64,000 nucleotides of DNA from an uncultured archaeon (GTDB taxonomy: Archaea > Micrarchaeota > Micrarchaeia > Micrarchaeales > CABMGC01): contig CAWBCT010000013.1 in assembly GCA_963787445.1 (NCBI GenBank), positions 32,001-96,000 of the forward strand, in the 5' to 3' direction. The notes below the pieces were generated by a model, which was not told the origin of the DNA, ran no database searches, and saw only the letters and a list, made by a program, of their open reading frames with translations. A program made the position numbers and the translations under genes. Positions 48,214 through 57,268 of the stretch are shown in pieces. The first letter of the stretch is position 1, and each line of letters starts with the position of its first letter.

Positions 48214-49136
48214 CCATTCGCCCACGCATTCGTGAAGATTATATTCGCGGGTACGCCATTGTTGCCGTTTCCGGAGTAATCGTTCACATCTCCGTTAAGT
48301 GGCCACCATGCCGTCAAATACTTGGGCTCCACCGGAGCGCCGCCTATGCCCTCCTGATATAGGAGCTGGACTGTGTTCGCGTCGAGCAAGGTGTTGTAGA
48401 TTTGGACGTTGGAAATAAAGCCGTTGAAACTGTTCGCGCCGGGGTTATGCAAATCAGTTCCCAAATAGGATGTTGTGGTCACAATATTAGAGGGCACCGG
48501 TCCCGTAACAACAACACTAAGTCCATTCAGATAAAAAGTATATTGCGTATTTCCGTTCCAGGTGTATCCAACAAACTGCCAGGTGTTCGGAGTCATTCCA
48601 AAAGCAGTAGTAGGACCTTCTCCATCTTCGTCTATGGCCATGCTTGTTGCGCTTACTCGCAGAGCGAGATAACTTCCTAGGAAACCGGTGGTGCTTCCGT
48701 AACTTTCTACGCCACCAAACCCGGAGATGGGATCTGGACCATTATAGTAAACCCATGCAAAAACCGATACAGGATTATTGCCTGTCGGGAAGCCCGCTGT
48801 TCCGGTGCCAACCCAGCTGCTCTGCCCGTTGAACTGCGCGACGTATTCGGGGAGTTCCCCGTTACACACCCCTTGGAGATTGAGGTTTGCTGTGCTTCCA
48901 ACACCTCCTGGCCTGAACACCCTGCAACTGTTTGGCTGCGCCCTGGGCGAGAGGTTGCCACCACCAAAGACTCCCAGTTCAAACAACGCCGCAAGGACTA
49001 TCGCGATGATGAGTATGGACCATCCGTAGGTCATCAGGTACTCCATCGCGGACTGGAGCCGCCTGGTCCTACGGCCGTCACCGTCTCCAAGCTTTGCCTT
49101 GACTCTTCCTACGACGAGCATGAGTAGTATCCACAC
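48198..49136 (-). CDS. LamG-like domain protein with class III signal peptide
   Basis: RRL/QSAMEYLMTYGW plus hydrophobic helix; 'WQFVGYT', 'FNGFISNVQIY', 'WWPLNG..DYSGN'; start uncertain. Confidence 0.85.
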   Translation of the reverse strand: MWILLMLVVGRVKAKLGDGDGRRTRRLQSAMEYLMTYGWSILIIAIVLAALFELGVFGGGNLSPRAQPNSCRVFRPGGVGSTANLNLQGVCNGELPEYVAQFNGQSSWVGTGTAGFPTGNNPVSVFAWVYYNGPDPISGFGGVESYGSTTGFLGSYLALRVSATSMAIDEDGEGPTTAFGMTPNTWQFVGYTWNGNTQYTFYLNGLSVVVTGPVPSNIVTTTSYLGTDLHNPGANSFNGFISNVQIYNTLLDANTVQLLYQEGIGGAPVEPKYLTAWWPLNGDVNDYSGNGNNGVPANIIFTNAWANGYTVP

Positions 49137-49188
49137 CTAACGCTTATAAAGATTGCGTGGTCATATATCATCATCTACTGGTGCAATT

Positions 49189-49461
49189 ATGGCAAAAATG
49201 AGCAAGGAGGAGTTGCAGCACGAAATCCGCATGAAGCGCTACCTGCATTACAGGGAGAAGCACAGCGGCTGGCACATCTTCAACGCGGTGTACTGGGGCA
49301 TCTACATCCTGATAGTGGGGCTGATCCTCATATTCGAGAGCTCGTTGCATTACACGACCACCATCTCGGCAGGCGTCTCGCTGGTCATCCTTGCAGTAAT
49401 GCTGGTGGTCTACGGCTTCGCCTCCGCGCTTCACCTGAAGTTCATGAAGAAGTACGGCTAA
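49189..49461 (+). CDS. Small 2-TM membrane protein
   Basis: Two hydrophobic helices; 9 nt upstream of secF. Confidence 0.7.
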   Translation: MAKMSKEELQHEIRMKRYLHYREKHSGWHIFNAVYWGIYILIVGLILIFESSLHYTTTISAGVSLVILAVMLVVYGFASALHLKFMKKYG

Positions 49462-49470
49462 GCCTCCGCA

Positions 49471-50655
49471 TTGCCCGACCAAAGGAAGAATGATCTCATG
49501 GTTACTATACCGAACATATACAAGAGCAAGCATGCCAAATACTTCATACTCATACCCTTGGTCCTTTTCGTTGTCGGCATCTACTTCGCCACGCATATAA
49601 CCCTGGACTCCTCCCTAAGCGGCGGGGTGAGCATACTCATACAGACCAACACCACCATCAACCAGCAGCAGCTCGCCTCCCAGATCTCGAGCAGCCTCCA
49701 CGTTTCAAGTCCCTCGATACAGGGCAGCCCGAGCGGGGTGCAGATAACCCTGAGCCTCAACCAGAGCATCGCCAACGCTGAGTCTAGCCTGCTGGATGTC
49801 TACGGCTACGGGAAGAACTACTCCAACGCGAACTTCAACATTACGACCCTCAGCGTGGCGCTCTCGAACTCGCCGAACAACCAGACCCTAATAACGCAGC
49901 TCGACGCCGCAAGGAAGCTCTCCAACTCCTCGCTGGCAAATGCGAGGAGCTCGCTGCAGTCCGAGCTCGCCTACCTTGAGCCGTTTGTCGGAACAACCTA
50001 TCTCAACTCCACGATAACCCCTTCAGAAATGGCGACCGTGGGCCAGTCCAGGTACACCAACGCCAGCGCAGTCTACCAGAACCAGATAATAACCGCGCTG
50101 CACAAGGTAATTCCGTTCACCACCTACTCCTACCAGCAGGTGACCGCGACCCTGGGAAGCTACTTCCTCGGGCAGCTTACTGACGTCGTCGTAATCGCAT
50201 TCATACTCATCTCCATAGTGGTATTCTTCATCTTCAGGTCGGTCGTCCCGGCATTCGCAGTAATATTCGGCGCAGCAAACGACATGATAGTGGCGCTCGG
50301 GGCGATGGGTCTGTTCGGGATCCCGCTCGGGATAGCGAGCATCGGCGCGCTGCTCATGCTGATAGGCTACGCCATAGACACGGACGTCCTCACGGCTGTG
50401 AGGATACTCAAGCGCCACGAAGGAACGCCCGAGGACCGCGCCTACTCGTCCATGAAGACCGGGCTTACCATGACCGCGACCGCGCTGGTCTCGTTCTCCG
50501 TGCTGTTCATCGTCTCGCTCTTCGCCTACGTCCCAACCTACTATGAGATCTCGGCAGTCATGATCTGCGGCCTGATAGCGGACGTATTCACAACCTGGTT
50601 CATGTCCGCAAGGCTCTCGCTTTGGTACAAGAACAGGAAAGAGGGGAAGAAGTAG
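49471..50655 (+). CDS. secF: Protein translocase subunit SecF (archaeal)
   Basis: 'LSGG', 'IGALLMLIGYAIDTD', 'TGLTMT'. Confidence 0.9.
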   Translation: MPDQRKNDLMVTIPNIYKSKHAKYFILIPLVLFVVGIYFATHITLDSSLSGGVSILIQTNTTINQQQLASQISSSLHVSSPSIQGSPSGVQITLSLNQSIANAESSLLDVYGYGKNYSNANFNITTLSVALSNSPNNQTLITQLDAARKLSNSSLANARSSLQSELAYLEPFVGTTYLNSTITPSEMATVGQSRYTNASAVYQNQIITALHKVIPFTTYSYQQVTATLGSYFLGQLTDVVVIAFILISIVVFFIFRSVVPAFAVIFGAANDMIVALGAMGLFGIPLGIASIGALLMLIGYAIDTDVLTAVRILKRHEGTPEDRAYSSMKTGLTMTATALVSFSVLFIVSLFAYVPTYYEISAVMICGLIADVFTTWFMSARLSLWYKNRKEGKK

Positions 50656-52245
50656 ATGCTCGGAATCGAATACGTAAAGGACAGGCACATCGCAACCCTG
50701 CTAGTCATACTTCTGCTTCTGGGCTTCGCGGCCTACTACTACGGCATCCACCTGGGAATAGAGTTCTCCGGCGGAACAGAGATCCCGATAACGCTGGCCC
50801 ACAGCGTGGACCCGAACACGATGAGCAGCCTACTCTCCACCCTGCAGCAGAGAATCTCAACCTTCGGCCTCAAGCAGGTCACGATCGAGGGAATCGGCGA
50901 CTCCCAGGTCTACCTAATCATACCTTCCGTTAATCCGGGCGACATCAACAACACCATCGGAGTGATAGAGCAGCAGGGTCTCTTCCAGGGAGTCGTTGCC
51001 GGAAGGGAGGCGCTCAACGGCTCGGCGATACTCGGCGGAAGCGGCGAGATACAGCCCTCCTACTCGGTAAGCGGCAGCAACGTCACCTGGATCGTGAACT
51101 TCTACATAACCCAGGCGGCTGCGCAGAGCTTCTCCAAGGTGGTCTTCGGCCAGGCGAACCAGCCGCTCTACATGTACCTTGACCGACCGACCGGCGCCAT
51201 AGTGCTGCTCAACAACTCCCTCCTCGGAGTGGCCGGTGCCGGCCAGAACGCGGAGCTCACCGCCATGGAGTCAGCGCTGGCGCTGGGAAACCAGACGATC
51301 CCCGTGAAGCTGCTGAACTCCAACCAGAGCAACTGGAACAGCCTCTCCGCCTACTTCGCCCAGTCCCGCTCGCGCTACTACCAGGTGGTGCTAGCAAACA
51401 ACACCTCGCCCAGCATAATCCAAAACCTCACCCGGCTAAACTACACGCTAATCAGGGAGTCGACTACGCAGATGACCCCCGTCTTCATCAGCCAGTCCTC
51501 GCTCAACAGCTCCACCATCCTTGACACCTGGCCCGCGCTCGGGCTTCTCTCCGCGCCGGTGCTCAACCCCTCCATAACCAACGGCGAGGTAGGGGAAGCC
51601 TACGCGATCTCCGGAGTCGCGCAGCCCGCCTCCACCGTCGCGGGCGAGATAGCAAACGCCAATAATCAGTCCCAGACCATCGCAAGCGTGCTGAGCGGCG
51701 GGGCGCTGCCCGTCAGCGTCATAGTCGGCACCCCGTTCACCACGCCACCCACACTAGGAAAGAGCTTTGAGTACATCAGCATCCTTGCGCTGCTGCTCGC
51801 GGTGCTCGCGGTGGCGATAACCATAGCGATCAGGTACAAGAGGCTCTTCCTCATCTGGCCCATAGTCTTCACCACCGTCGCCGAGCTCTTCATAATAGCG
51901 ACCATAATAGGCGTCATAGGAACCATCGACCTCTCCGCGGTCGCAGGAATGATTGCGGTGATAGGAACAGGCGTCGACGCCCAGATCATCATCACCGACG
52001 AGGTGCTGCACGGAGGAAGCGAGAGCTTCAAGTCGAAGCTCAACCACGCCTTCTACGTCGTCTGGGCCGATGCGATACTTCTGGTCATAGCCATGCTGCC
52101 GCTGCTCTTCTCCTCATCCCTGGTTTCGGTAATCGGCTTCGCCGAGTCGACCATACTCGGGGGCCTTCTCGGGGCGCTGATAACAAGGCCCGCCTACGGG
52201 GCCATAGTAAGCCGCCACTTCGCAAAAGGCACGAAGGTGGAGTAG
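50656..52245 (+). CDS. secD: Protein translocase subunit SecD (archaeal)
   Basis: 'LGIEFSGG', 'GALP', 'PTLG', 'GTGVDAQIIITDE'. Confidence 0.92.
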   Translation: MLGIEYVKDRHIATLLVILLLLGFAAYYYGIHLGIEFSGGTEIPITLAHSVDPNTMSSLLSTLQQRISTFGLKQVTIEGIGDSQVYLIIPSVNPGDINNTIGVIEQQGLFQGVVAGREALNGSAILGGSGEIQPSYSVSGSNVTWIVNFYITQAAAQSFSKVVFGQANQPLYMYLDRPTGAIVLLNNSLLGVAGAGQNAELTAMESALALGNQTIPVKLLNSNQSNWNSLSAYFAQSRSRYYQVVLANNTSPSIIQNLTRLNYTLIRESTTQMTPVFISQSSLNSSTILDTWPALGLLSAPVLNPSITNGEVGEAYAISGVAQPASTVAGEIANANNQSQTIASVLSGGALPVSVIVGTPFTTPPTLGKSFEYISILALLLAVLAVAITIAIRYKRLFLIWPIVFTTVAELFIIATIIGVIGTIDLSAVAGMIAVIGTGVDAQIIITDEVLHGGSESFKSKLNHAFYVVWADAILLVIAMLPLLFSSSLVSVIGFAESTILGGLLGALITRPAYGAIVSRHFAKGTKVE

Positions 52246-52884
52246 ATGCCCAAGCGATGCCCGATCTGCAACCGCTCCTCGGCCGAGATAGCCTTCTGCG
52301 GCGAGTTCTGCCGGAGCTGCACCGAGGAGAAGCTGCTGAAGAAGCTGCCCGGCGAGGTCGAGATCACGGTGTGCAAGCGCTGCGAGCGGGTCAGGTGCAA
52401 GGGCCACTTCGTCGACCCATCCATTGAGAACATCCAGGCCGCTGTCGAGCAGCAGTTCAAGGGCTACAAGATAAAGTTCAGGATCGCCGACGAGACCACC
52501 GCCAAGATCGACGTGACCGAGTACAAACCCGACTACTCCATAACCGTAACCAAGCAGATTCCTGTGATAACCAAGTACGCGATGTGCGACTCGTGCAACA
52601 AGCGCGCAGGGTCGTACTACGAGGCTGTGTTCCAGCTGAGGGGACCTGACCTGGAAAGGATGGAGCGGTTCATCGAGAGGCTCACCAGGTACTTCGAGGT
52701 GAGGAACGAGTTCATAGCGCACGTGAAGGAGGCGGACAACGGGCTTGACGTCTACGTGAGCAACAAGAAGCTGGCCGCAGAGTACATACGGAGCCACAAG
52801 CTGGTCGCCGTGACCTCCTACACCCTATATGGGCTGAAGAATGGGAAGAAGGTGTACAGGCACACCTACGCGATACGGCTGTGA
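52246..52884 (+). CDS. nmd3: NMD3 family ribosome biogenesis protein
   Basis: Four CxxC motifs; 'YYEAVFQLR', 'GLDVYV'. Confidence 0.88.
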   Translation: MPKRCPICNRSSAEIAFCGEFCRSCTEEKLLKKLPGEVEITVCKRCERVRCKGHFVDPSIENIQAAVEQQFKGYKIKFRIADETTAKIDVTEYKPDYSITVTKQIPVITKYAMCDSCNKRAGSYYEAVFQLRGPDLERMERFIERLTRYFEVRNEFIAHVKEADNGLDVYVSNKKLAAEYIRSHKLVAVTSYTLYGLKNGKKVYRHTYAIRL

Positions 52885-52946
52885 CGAGGACAACAGTCCA
52901 ACAAGCTATAAATATCTAGAAAGCCACTAAGAATAGCAGTAATTTC

Positions 52947-53387
52947 ATGTTTCCAAGAATAAAGAGCAATGACAACACGGCTACACTTGAGCCAGCCACA
53001 ACGGCGGCTATGCGGCGCCTGTTTCTTGAGCCAAAGTCGGCCCTGAGGCAGGAAAGGGAGTTGGCTGACAAGGTACATGAGAGGAGGAAACTCCGCACAG
53101 CCATACTGGCCCCTCTGGAAAGTTATAGCGACCGTGAAAGCCATGGCCTGACCACAAGGAACCAAACAGATCTCATAGTTGCTGTGGGAATAACCGCCCA
53201 GGCCCTTCAAACTGATGTAAACAACAGGAGCATCATCTCTCAGGCATGGGCTGAAAGCATACAGAGGGATCATGACAGCCCTGAAGGCAGACTTAAGTCA
53301 GTAGCCCTAATGAAACTCACCGCCGCAAGGCAACTGGGCATCGGAAGCGAAGTTGACGCGCTTCTCATGCAGCAGCTTGAAGATTAA
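52947..53387 (+). CDS. Hypothetical protein
   Basis: 146-aa ORF with TATA (TATAAATA) upstream. Confidence 0.55.
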   Translation: MFPRIKSNDNTATLEPATTAAMRRLFLEPKSALRQERELADKVHERRKLRTAILAPLESYSDRESHGLTTRNQTDLIVAVGITAQALQTDVNNRSIISQAWAESIQRDHDSPEGRLKSVALMKLTAARQLGIGSEVDALLMQQLED

Positions 53388-53469
53388 AGTAGCAAAGAGC
53401 ACTCATTCCATATACTCGGGCTTCCAGAAGCGATATATAACAATAATACGGGAATAATACTGGGCTTTT

Positions 53470-54717
53470 ATGATGAAGTTCGCATCCCTGATTGGAGCTT
53501 TACTCGTCCTCGGCTTTATCTACGCGGCCACCATCTCGCCGCTTCCGCAGGTCTTCAACAATGTGGGACTTGGCTGCACGCAGCCCAACGCAACCGGGCT
53601 GATCTGCACCAACGGCTCGCCGATCCAGATAAGCTTCGTCGCCTCCTCCACCTACTCGCCCTCCTACGGGAGCTTCACGCTCGTCTCCCTGAACCCGAAC
53701 ATCACCCAGCCGGTCGACGCCTACGGCGCCCCCTGCGCGGTCGGGAGCGGGCAGACCAACATCTGCCTTGTAACCATAGCCCCTTACTCGCCGCTGCTGG
53801 GCAACGCCACGGTCTCTCAGAAAGTCGCCCTGAAGTTTACCTCGGGCGCGTACCCGCAGGTCTACTCGTACCTCAACTTCTCGATCTCCCTACACCACTA
53901 CCTTAACTCGAGCGATGCTGCTCTGCTGCAGAGCTACAGGAGCACGCTCTCAACGTTTTCAACCCAGGCAAGCTACTACAACTATGTCTGCGCCGGCTAC
54001 GGGATCTGCAACGCCACCGTGGCGGAATCGATCTCCGCCTCGAACGTCCTTCTCCTGAACGTGCACAATGCGCTCCAGCTCTCCAATCTGGCGCAGGCCT
54101 ACACCAACATGACCGTTGCCCAAACCGCGGCCATACAAGAAAACACCACGTTCCTGCCCTTCTACTCCAATGCAAAAGCAATACTCTCCTACCTGACGGC
54201 CGCGTTCTCCGACATCAATGCGGCGCAAACAAACTACAGGTCAAACTTCGCCCTGCTCCAGAACTGCACCTACTCAAGCGGCTCCGATGCCGCAGCCTAT
54301 CTGAACAACAGGATCCAGCTTGCCCTCTCATCCGCCGTGCCTTCGACGCTGGCCCAGGCCCAAAGCTATGAAGGGTACGCCTCCGGGATGCTGCAAAACA
54401 GCACCAGCATAATAGCCTCCTGCAGACAGTACCACTCCTACTCCCCGCCGTTCCTCGGGATAGGCTTCGCCCTGCCCAACCCCTTCGGAGGGGGCCTGCT
54501 GTGGGATGCAGTCCTTGTGGTGATCATACTAATCGCAGCCCTGCTCATAAGGTCAAGGATCATAAGCAGGAACGAACTGAAGAGGATACGGAACCCGGTC
54601 GAAGAGGACCTGGACAGCACCTACAGTAAGAAGGAGCTGGGGAAGGCCGAAGAAGTAGTCGACGCCGAGATCGACGATGACGGGGAGTACCTCAACAAGG
54701 TTTCAAAGAAGAAGTAG
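53470..54717 (+). CDS. Secreted, C-terminally anchored glycoprotein
   Basis: Signal peptide, Cys pairs, NxS/T sequons, C-terminal TM and acidic tail. Confidence 0.75.
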   Translation: MMKFASLIGALLVLGFIYAATISPLPQVFNNVGLGCTQPNATGLICTNGSPIQISFVASSTYSPSYGSFTLVSLNPNITQPVDAYGAPCAVGSGQTNICLVTIAPYSPLLGNATVSQKVALKFTSGAYPQVYSYLNFSISLHHYLNSSDAALLQSYRSTLSTFSTQASYYNYVCAGYGICNATVAESISASNVLLLNVHNALQLSNLAQAYTNMTVAQTAAIQENTTFLPFYSNAKAILSYLTAAFSDINAAQTNYRSNFALLQNCTYSSGSDAAAYLNNRIQLALSSAVPSTLAQAQSYEGYASGMLQNSTSIIASCRQYHSYSPPFLGIGFALPNPFGGGLLWDAVLVVIILIAALLIRSRIISRNELKRIRNPVEEDLDSTYSKKELGKAEEVVDAEIDDDGEYLNKVSKKK

Positions 54718-54727
54718 AAGTGAAAAC

Positions 54728-55228
54728 ATGATCAACAGGCTTTACAAGGGACTCAGGCAGGTGTACGCGCCAAGGTATCTGGCGCTAAACCTGGTGCTGA
54801 TCGGAATCTACTACCTCGTATTTGACTTCCTGATACGCTACCAGAACTACGGCCTTTTCCTCTCCGCGGTCCCTGTCTATATCGAGTACCTTACGATCCT
54901 CACCGCCTCGATCCTACTGACCGTCTCAATATACGAGATATACCACGTAAAGAGGCAGCTCGAGGAGCTATCGGCGGGCTCCGCCAGCATAATCACCCTG
55001 ATCCTTAGCAGCGTGTTCGGAGGATGCGGATGCGCAACCCCCATCATATTCGGCCTCACAGCGCTCGGGATAAGCTCCACCGAGCTCTTCTCCGTGAACG
55101 CTATCCTATCGGGTTACATAATCTGGATCTTCTACGTGCTGCTGGTCGTAAATGCCGTCCTAATCCTCTATTATCTCAATAGGATCTCCACAGGACCCTT
55201 GAAATCAAAGCGCAGAAATCGCAGGTAA
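54728..55228 (+). CDS. 4-TM membrane protein with GCGC motif
   Basis: Hydrophobic helices; 'FGGCGCATP'. Confidence 0.7.
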   Translation: MINRLYKGLRQVYAPRYLALNLVLIGIYYLVFDFLIRYQNYGLFLSAVPVYIEYLTILTASILLTVSIYEIYHVKRQLEELSAGSASIITLILSSVFGGCGCATPIIFGLTALGISSTELFSVNAILSGYIIWIFYVLLVVNAVLILYYLNRISTGPLKSKRRNRR

Positions 55229-55269
55229 GAAATATATATCTGGCTCTGCAACTATAACTCGGTGCTAAA

Positions 55270-55818
55270 ATGGGGACACCTTCGCCTGCAACAAAAACTG
55301 CGACAGCAAATGTCAATCTAGCTAGGCCGTTTGTCAGCGCAAGGCGGACCGAATCTGTTATCGGCGAGCTTATGTTTGCATTAAAAAGAAAAATTGGTGA
55401 CGTTGGAGTATGCGAAGGAGTCCTCAACCCAAATAACTCCACAGAGCAAGGTTTTCTTTATCTGATGAGGGAAGAGAACGCTGCAGCGCCATTTGAAACA
55501 AAAAACGCCAGGTGGCTCTCCTATGGTTTTCATCCTTTCGTTGTGATTCCGCCATCTAGCGTTTACGATAAAGGCTCGTCAATAGTCTCACCCGGCGGGG
55601 TCAGGTTCTGGGAAGGCGAGATGATCCTGCACTACGTTTTCAAGGACTCCAAATTCGCCCTATCGGCAAGAGAGATGTCGCTGCCCATACTGCCTGCTTT
55701 GAAGGCATTCGGCATTACTATACTTTCTCCGAAACAGATGAGCAGGCAATCATTTACCAACACCATAGCGGAGGTCTTCGAGCGCCAGGGCAATACCTTC
55801 GATATAGATTGGGTTTAA
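55270..55818 (+). CDS. Hypothetical protein
   Basis: 182-aa ORF, TATA-like element upstream. Confidence 0.55.
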   Translation: MGTPSPATKTATANVNLARPFVSARRTESVIGELMFALKRKIGDVGVCEGVLNPNNSTEQGFLYLMREENAAAPFETKNARWLSYGFHPFVVIPPSSVYDKGSSIVSPGGVRFWEGEMILHYVFKDSKFALSAREMSLPILPALKAFGITILSPKQMSRQSFTNTIAEVFERQGNTFDIDWV

Positions 55819-55839
55819 CTGAACTTTCATGGTGTGCAA

Positions 55840-56163
55840 ATGGCTTTCAAACAGATAAAGATCGATGAGCTCAAGGCGAAGCTGGGCAAGAAGGAGACGA
55901 TCGTAGTCAATGTTCTTGACAAGGAGGACTACGATGCGCTTCACATCAAGGGCTCGATCTCCATCCCCTACGAGGAGATGGTCGCGGAGGGGTGGAAGAG
56001 GCTGGACAAGGGCAAGGAGATCATAACCTACTGCAAGAACTACCTGTGCTCTGCCTCCCGAGAAGCCGCGGAGTTCCTTCAGGCGAAGGGCTTCAACGTG
56101 AGGGCCTACGAAGGCGGGATAGAGGAGTGGAGCAAGGCAGGGCTCCCAACGACCAAGGGCTAA
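55840..56163 (+). CDS. Rhodanese-like domain protein
   Basis: HIKGS, YCKNYLC, YEGGIEEW. Confidence 0.9.
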   Translation: MAFKQIKIDELKAKLGKKETIVVNVLDKEDYDALHIKGSISIPYEEMVAEGWKRLDKGKEIITYCKNYLCSASREAAEFLQAKGFNVRAYEGGIEEWSKAGLPTTKG

Positions 56164-56203
56164 TTATTTTATACACCAAGCAAGCTATAATCTAGGTAAT
56201 AAC

Positions 56204-56590
56204 ATGGCCGCAATAGACATAGCCTTCAGCTGCTACCCTGTCACGAGCCTGAAGAGGGCGCGAGAGTTCTACGAGAAGGTGCTGATGCTCAAGCCGACAC
56301 AGGAATACGTGAAGGATGATGCAAACGGGATGATAGAGTACGACATCGGGCCCGCAACCCTCGCGATCGGTGCGGGTGCAGAGAGCATGAAGGTGGGGCC
56401 CGGAGGCGCCACCGTCGCCCTAGAGGTGGACAACTTCAAGGAGATGATTACACACCTCAAGAGGAAGAAGCAGGCCTTCCTGATGGAGCCCTACGACGGT
56501 CCGATCTGCCAGATGCTACTTCTCAGCGACCCCGATGGGAACAAGATAATGATTCATCAGCGAAAACTTCAGGGCAAGCAGCGAGCATAA
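56204..56590 (+). CDS. VOC (glyoxalase/bleomycin resistance) family protein
   Basis: 'RAREFYEKVL', 'DPDGNKI'. Confidence 0.9.
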   Translation: MAAIDIAFSCYPVTSLKRAREFYEKVLMLKPTQEYVKDDANGMIEYDIGPATLAIGAGAESMKVGPGGATVALEVDNFKEMITHLKRKKQAFLMEPYDGPICQMLLLSDPDGNKIMIHQRKLQGKQRA

Positions 56591-56626
56591 CTTTATAGAT
56601 ATTGCGATGCTGTTTGATTTGATAAC

Positions 56627-56719
56627 ATGGCAGCAAAAAAGAGACACGCGAAATCCAGAAAGACTTCTCACAAGAGAAAGACGGTTAGGAGAAAGACTGT
56701 AAAGAGGAGAAGAAGATAA
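56627..56719 (+). CDS. 30-aa protamine/histone-H1-like basic peptide (not in ORF track)
   Basis: MAAKKRHAKSRKTSHKRKTVRRKTVKRRRR; TATA TTTATAGA at 56592; hairpin and T-tract downstream. Confidence 0.7.
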   Translation: MAAKKRHAKSRKTSHKRKTVRRKTVKRRRR

Positions 56720-56724
56720 GTGTG

Positions 56725-56754
56725 GTGCTGATTTTCAGCACTCTCTTCTTTTTT
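56725..56754 (+). terminator. Hairpin plus pyrimidine/T-tract terminator
   Basis: GTGCTGA-TTT-TCAGCAC followed by TCTCTTCTTTTTT. Confidence 0.7.
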
Positions 56755-56833
56755 CAGCCCAATTTACGCTACTTTTAGGGGCAGAAGCCCCTTCAAAGAA
56801 TCTATTTATATCTGGAAAGCGGTAACATTAATC

Positions 56834-57241
56834 ATGGAAACGCTGAAGGTATTCAAGGCGGGTATGGTCGCCACCTCTATACTTGTCTCCCTGTCCGCTG
56901 TTTACGATAGGAATAAAGTCCCGAATAGCAGGGTCGCCTTTCCTAGGCCGATCCAGCAGCTCGTTCGGACGGATGCTACGAAGTTACCTGATGGCCGTCC
57001 TCTCTCAATCCAGGCCAAGGCTCTTCTCGACGCGCAGCTGAAGGAGCAGCTCAGGCGCGACGCCGAGGCCAGTGTCGAGCGTGAAAAACTGATAAAGGAA
57101 CAAAAGTTCGTAAGAACCAAGGAAGAGGCAAAGTTCGCAGCCATCGTGATAGGATTCATCCTTGCCACAGGTACGATAAAGTGGACTCTCGAAAATCTCC
57201 CAAGGCTTTGGAGCAAGCGCAAACCCGCCGCATCGGCCTAG
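56834..57241 (+). CDS. Hypothetical membrane protein
   Basis: Two hydrophobic segments; TATA TTTATAT upstream. Confidence 0.55.
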   Translation: METLKVFKAGMVATSILVSLSAVYDRNKVPNSRVAFPRPIQQLVRTDATKLPDGRPLSIQAKALLDAQLKEQLRRDAEASVEREKLIKEQKFVRTKEEAKFAAIVIGFILATGTIKWTLENLPRLWSKRKPAASA

Positions 57242-57268
57242 AGTCCAGTGGTGGCTACATAAACTATA

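Noticed and set aside
17093-52797. Long antisense ORFs (17093-18076, 29706-30455, 45912-46901, 50023-50688, 52114-52797)
   Set aside because: Shadow frames of GC3-rich real genes, with no recognisable motifs
56627-56719. Ribosomal protein eL41 identity for the basic peptide
   Set aside because: Lacks the KW.KKR.RRL pattern; kept as a protamine-like unknown
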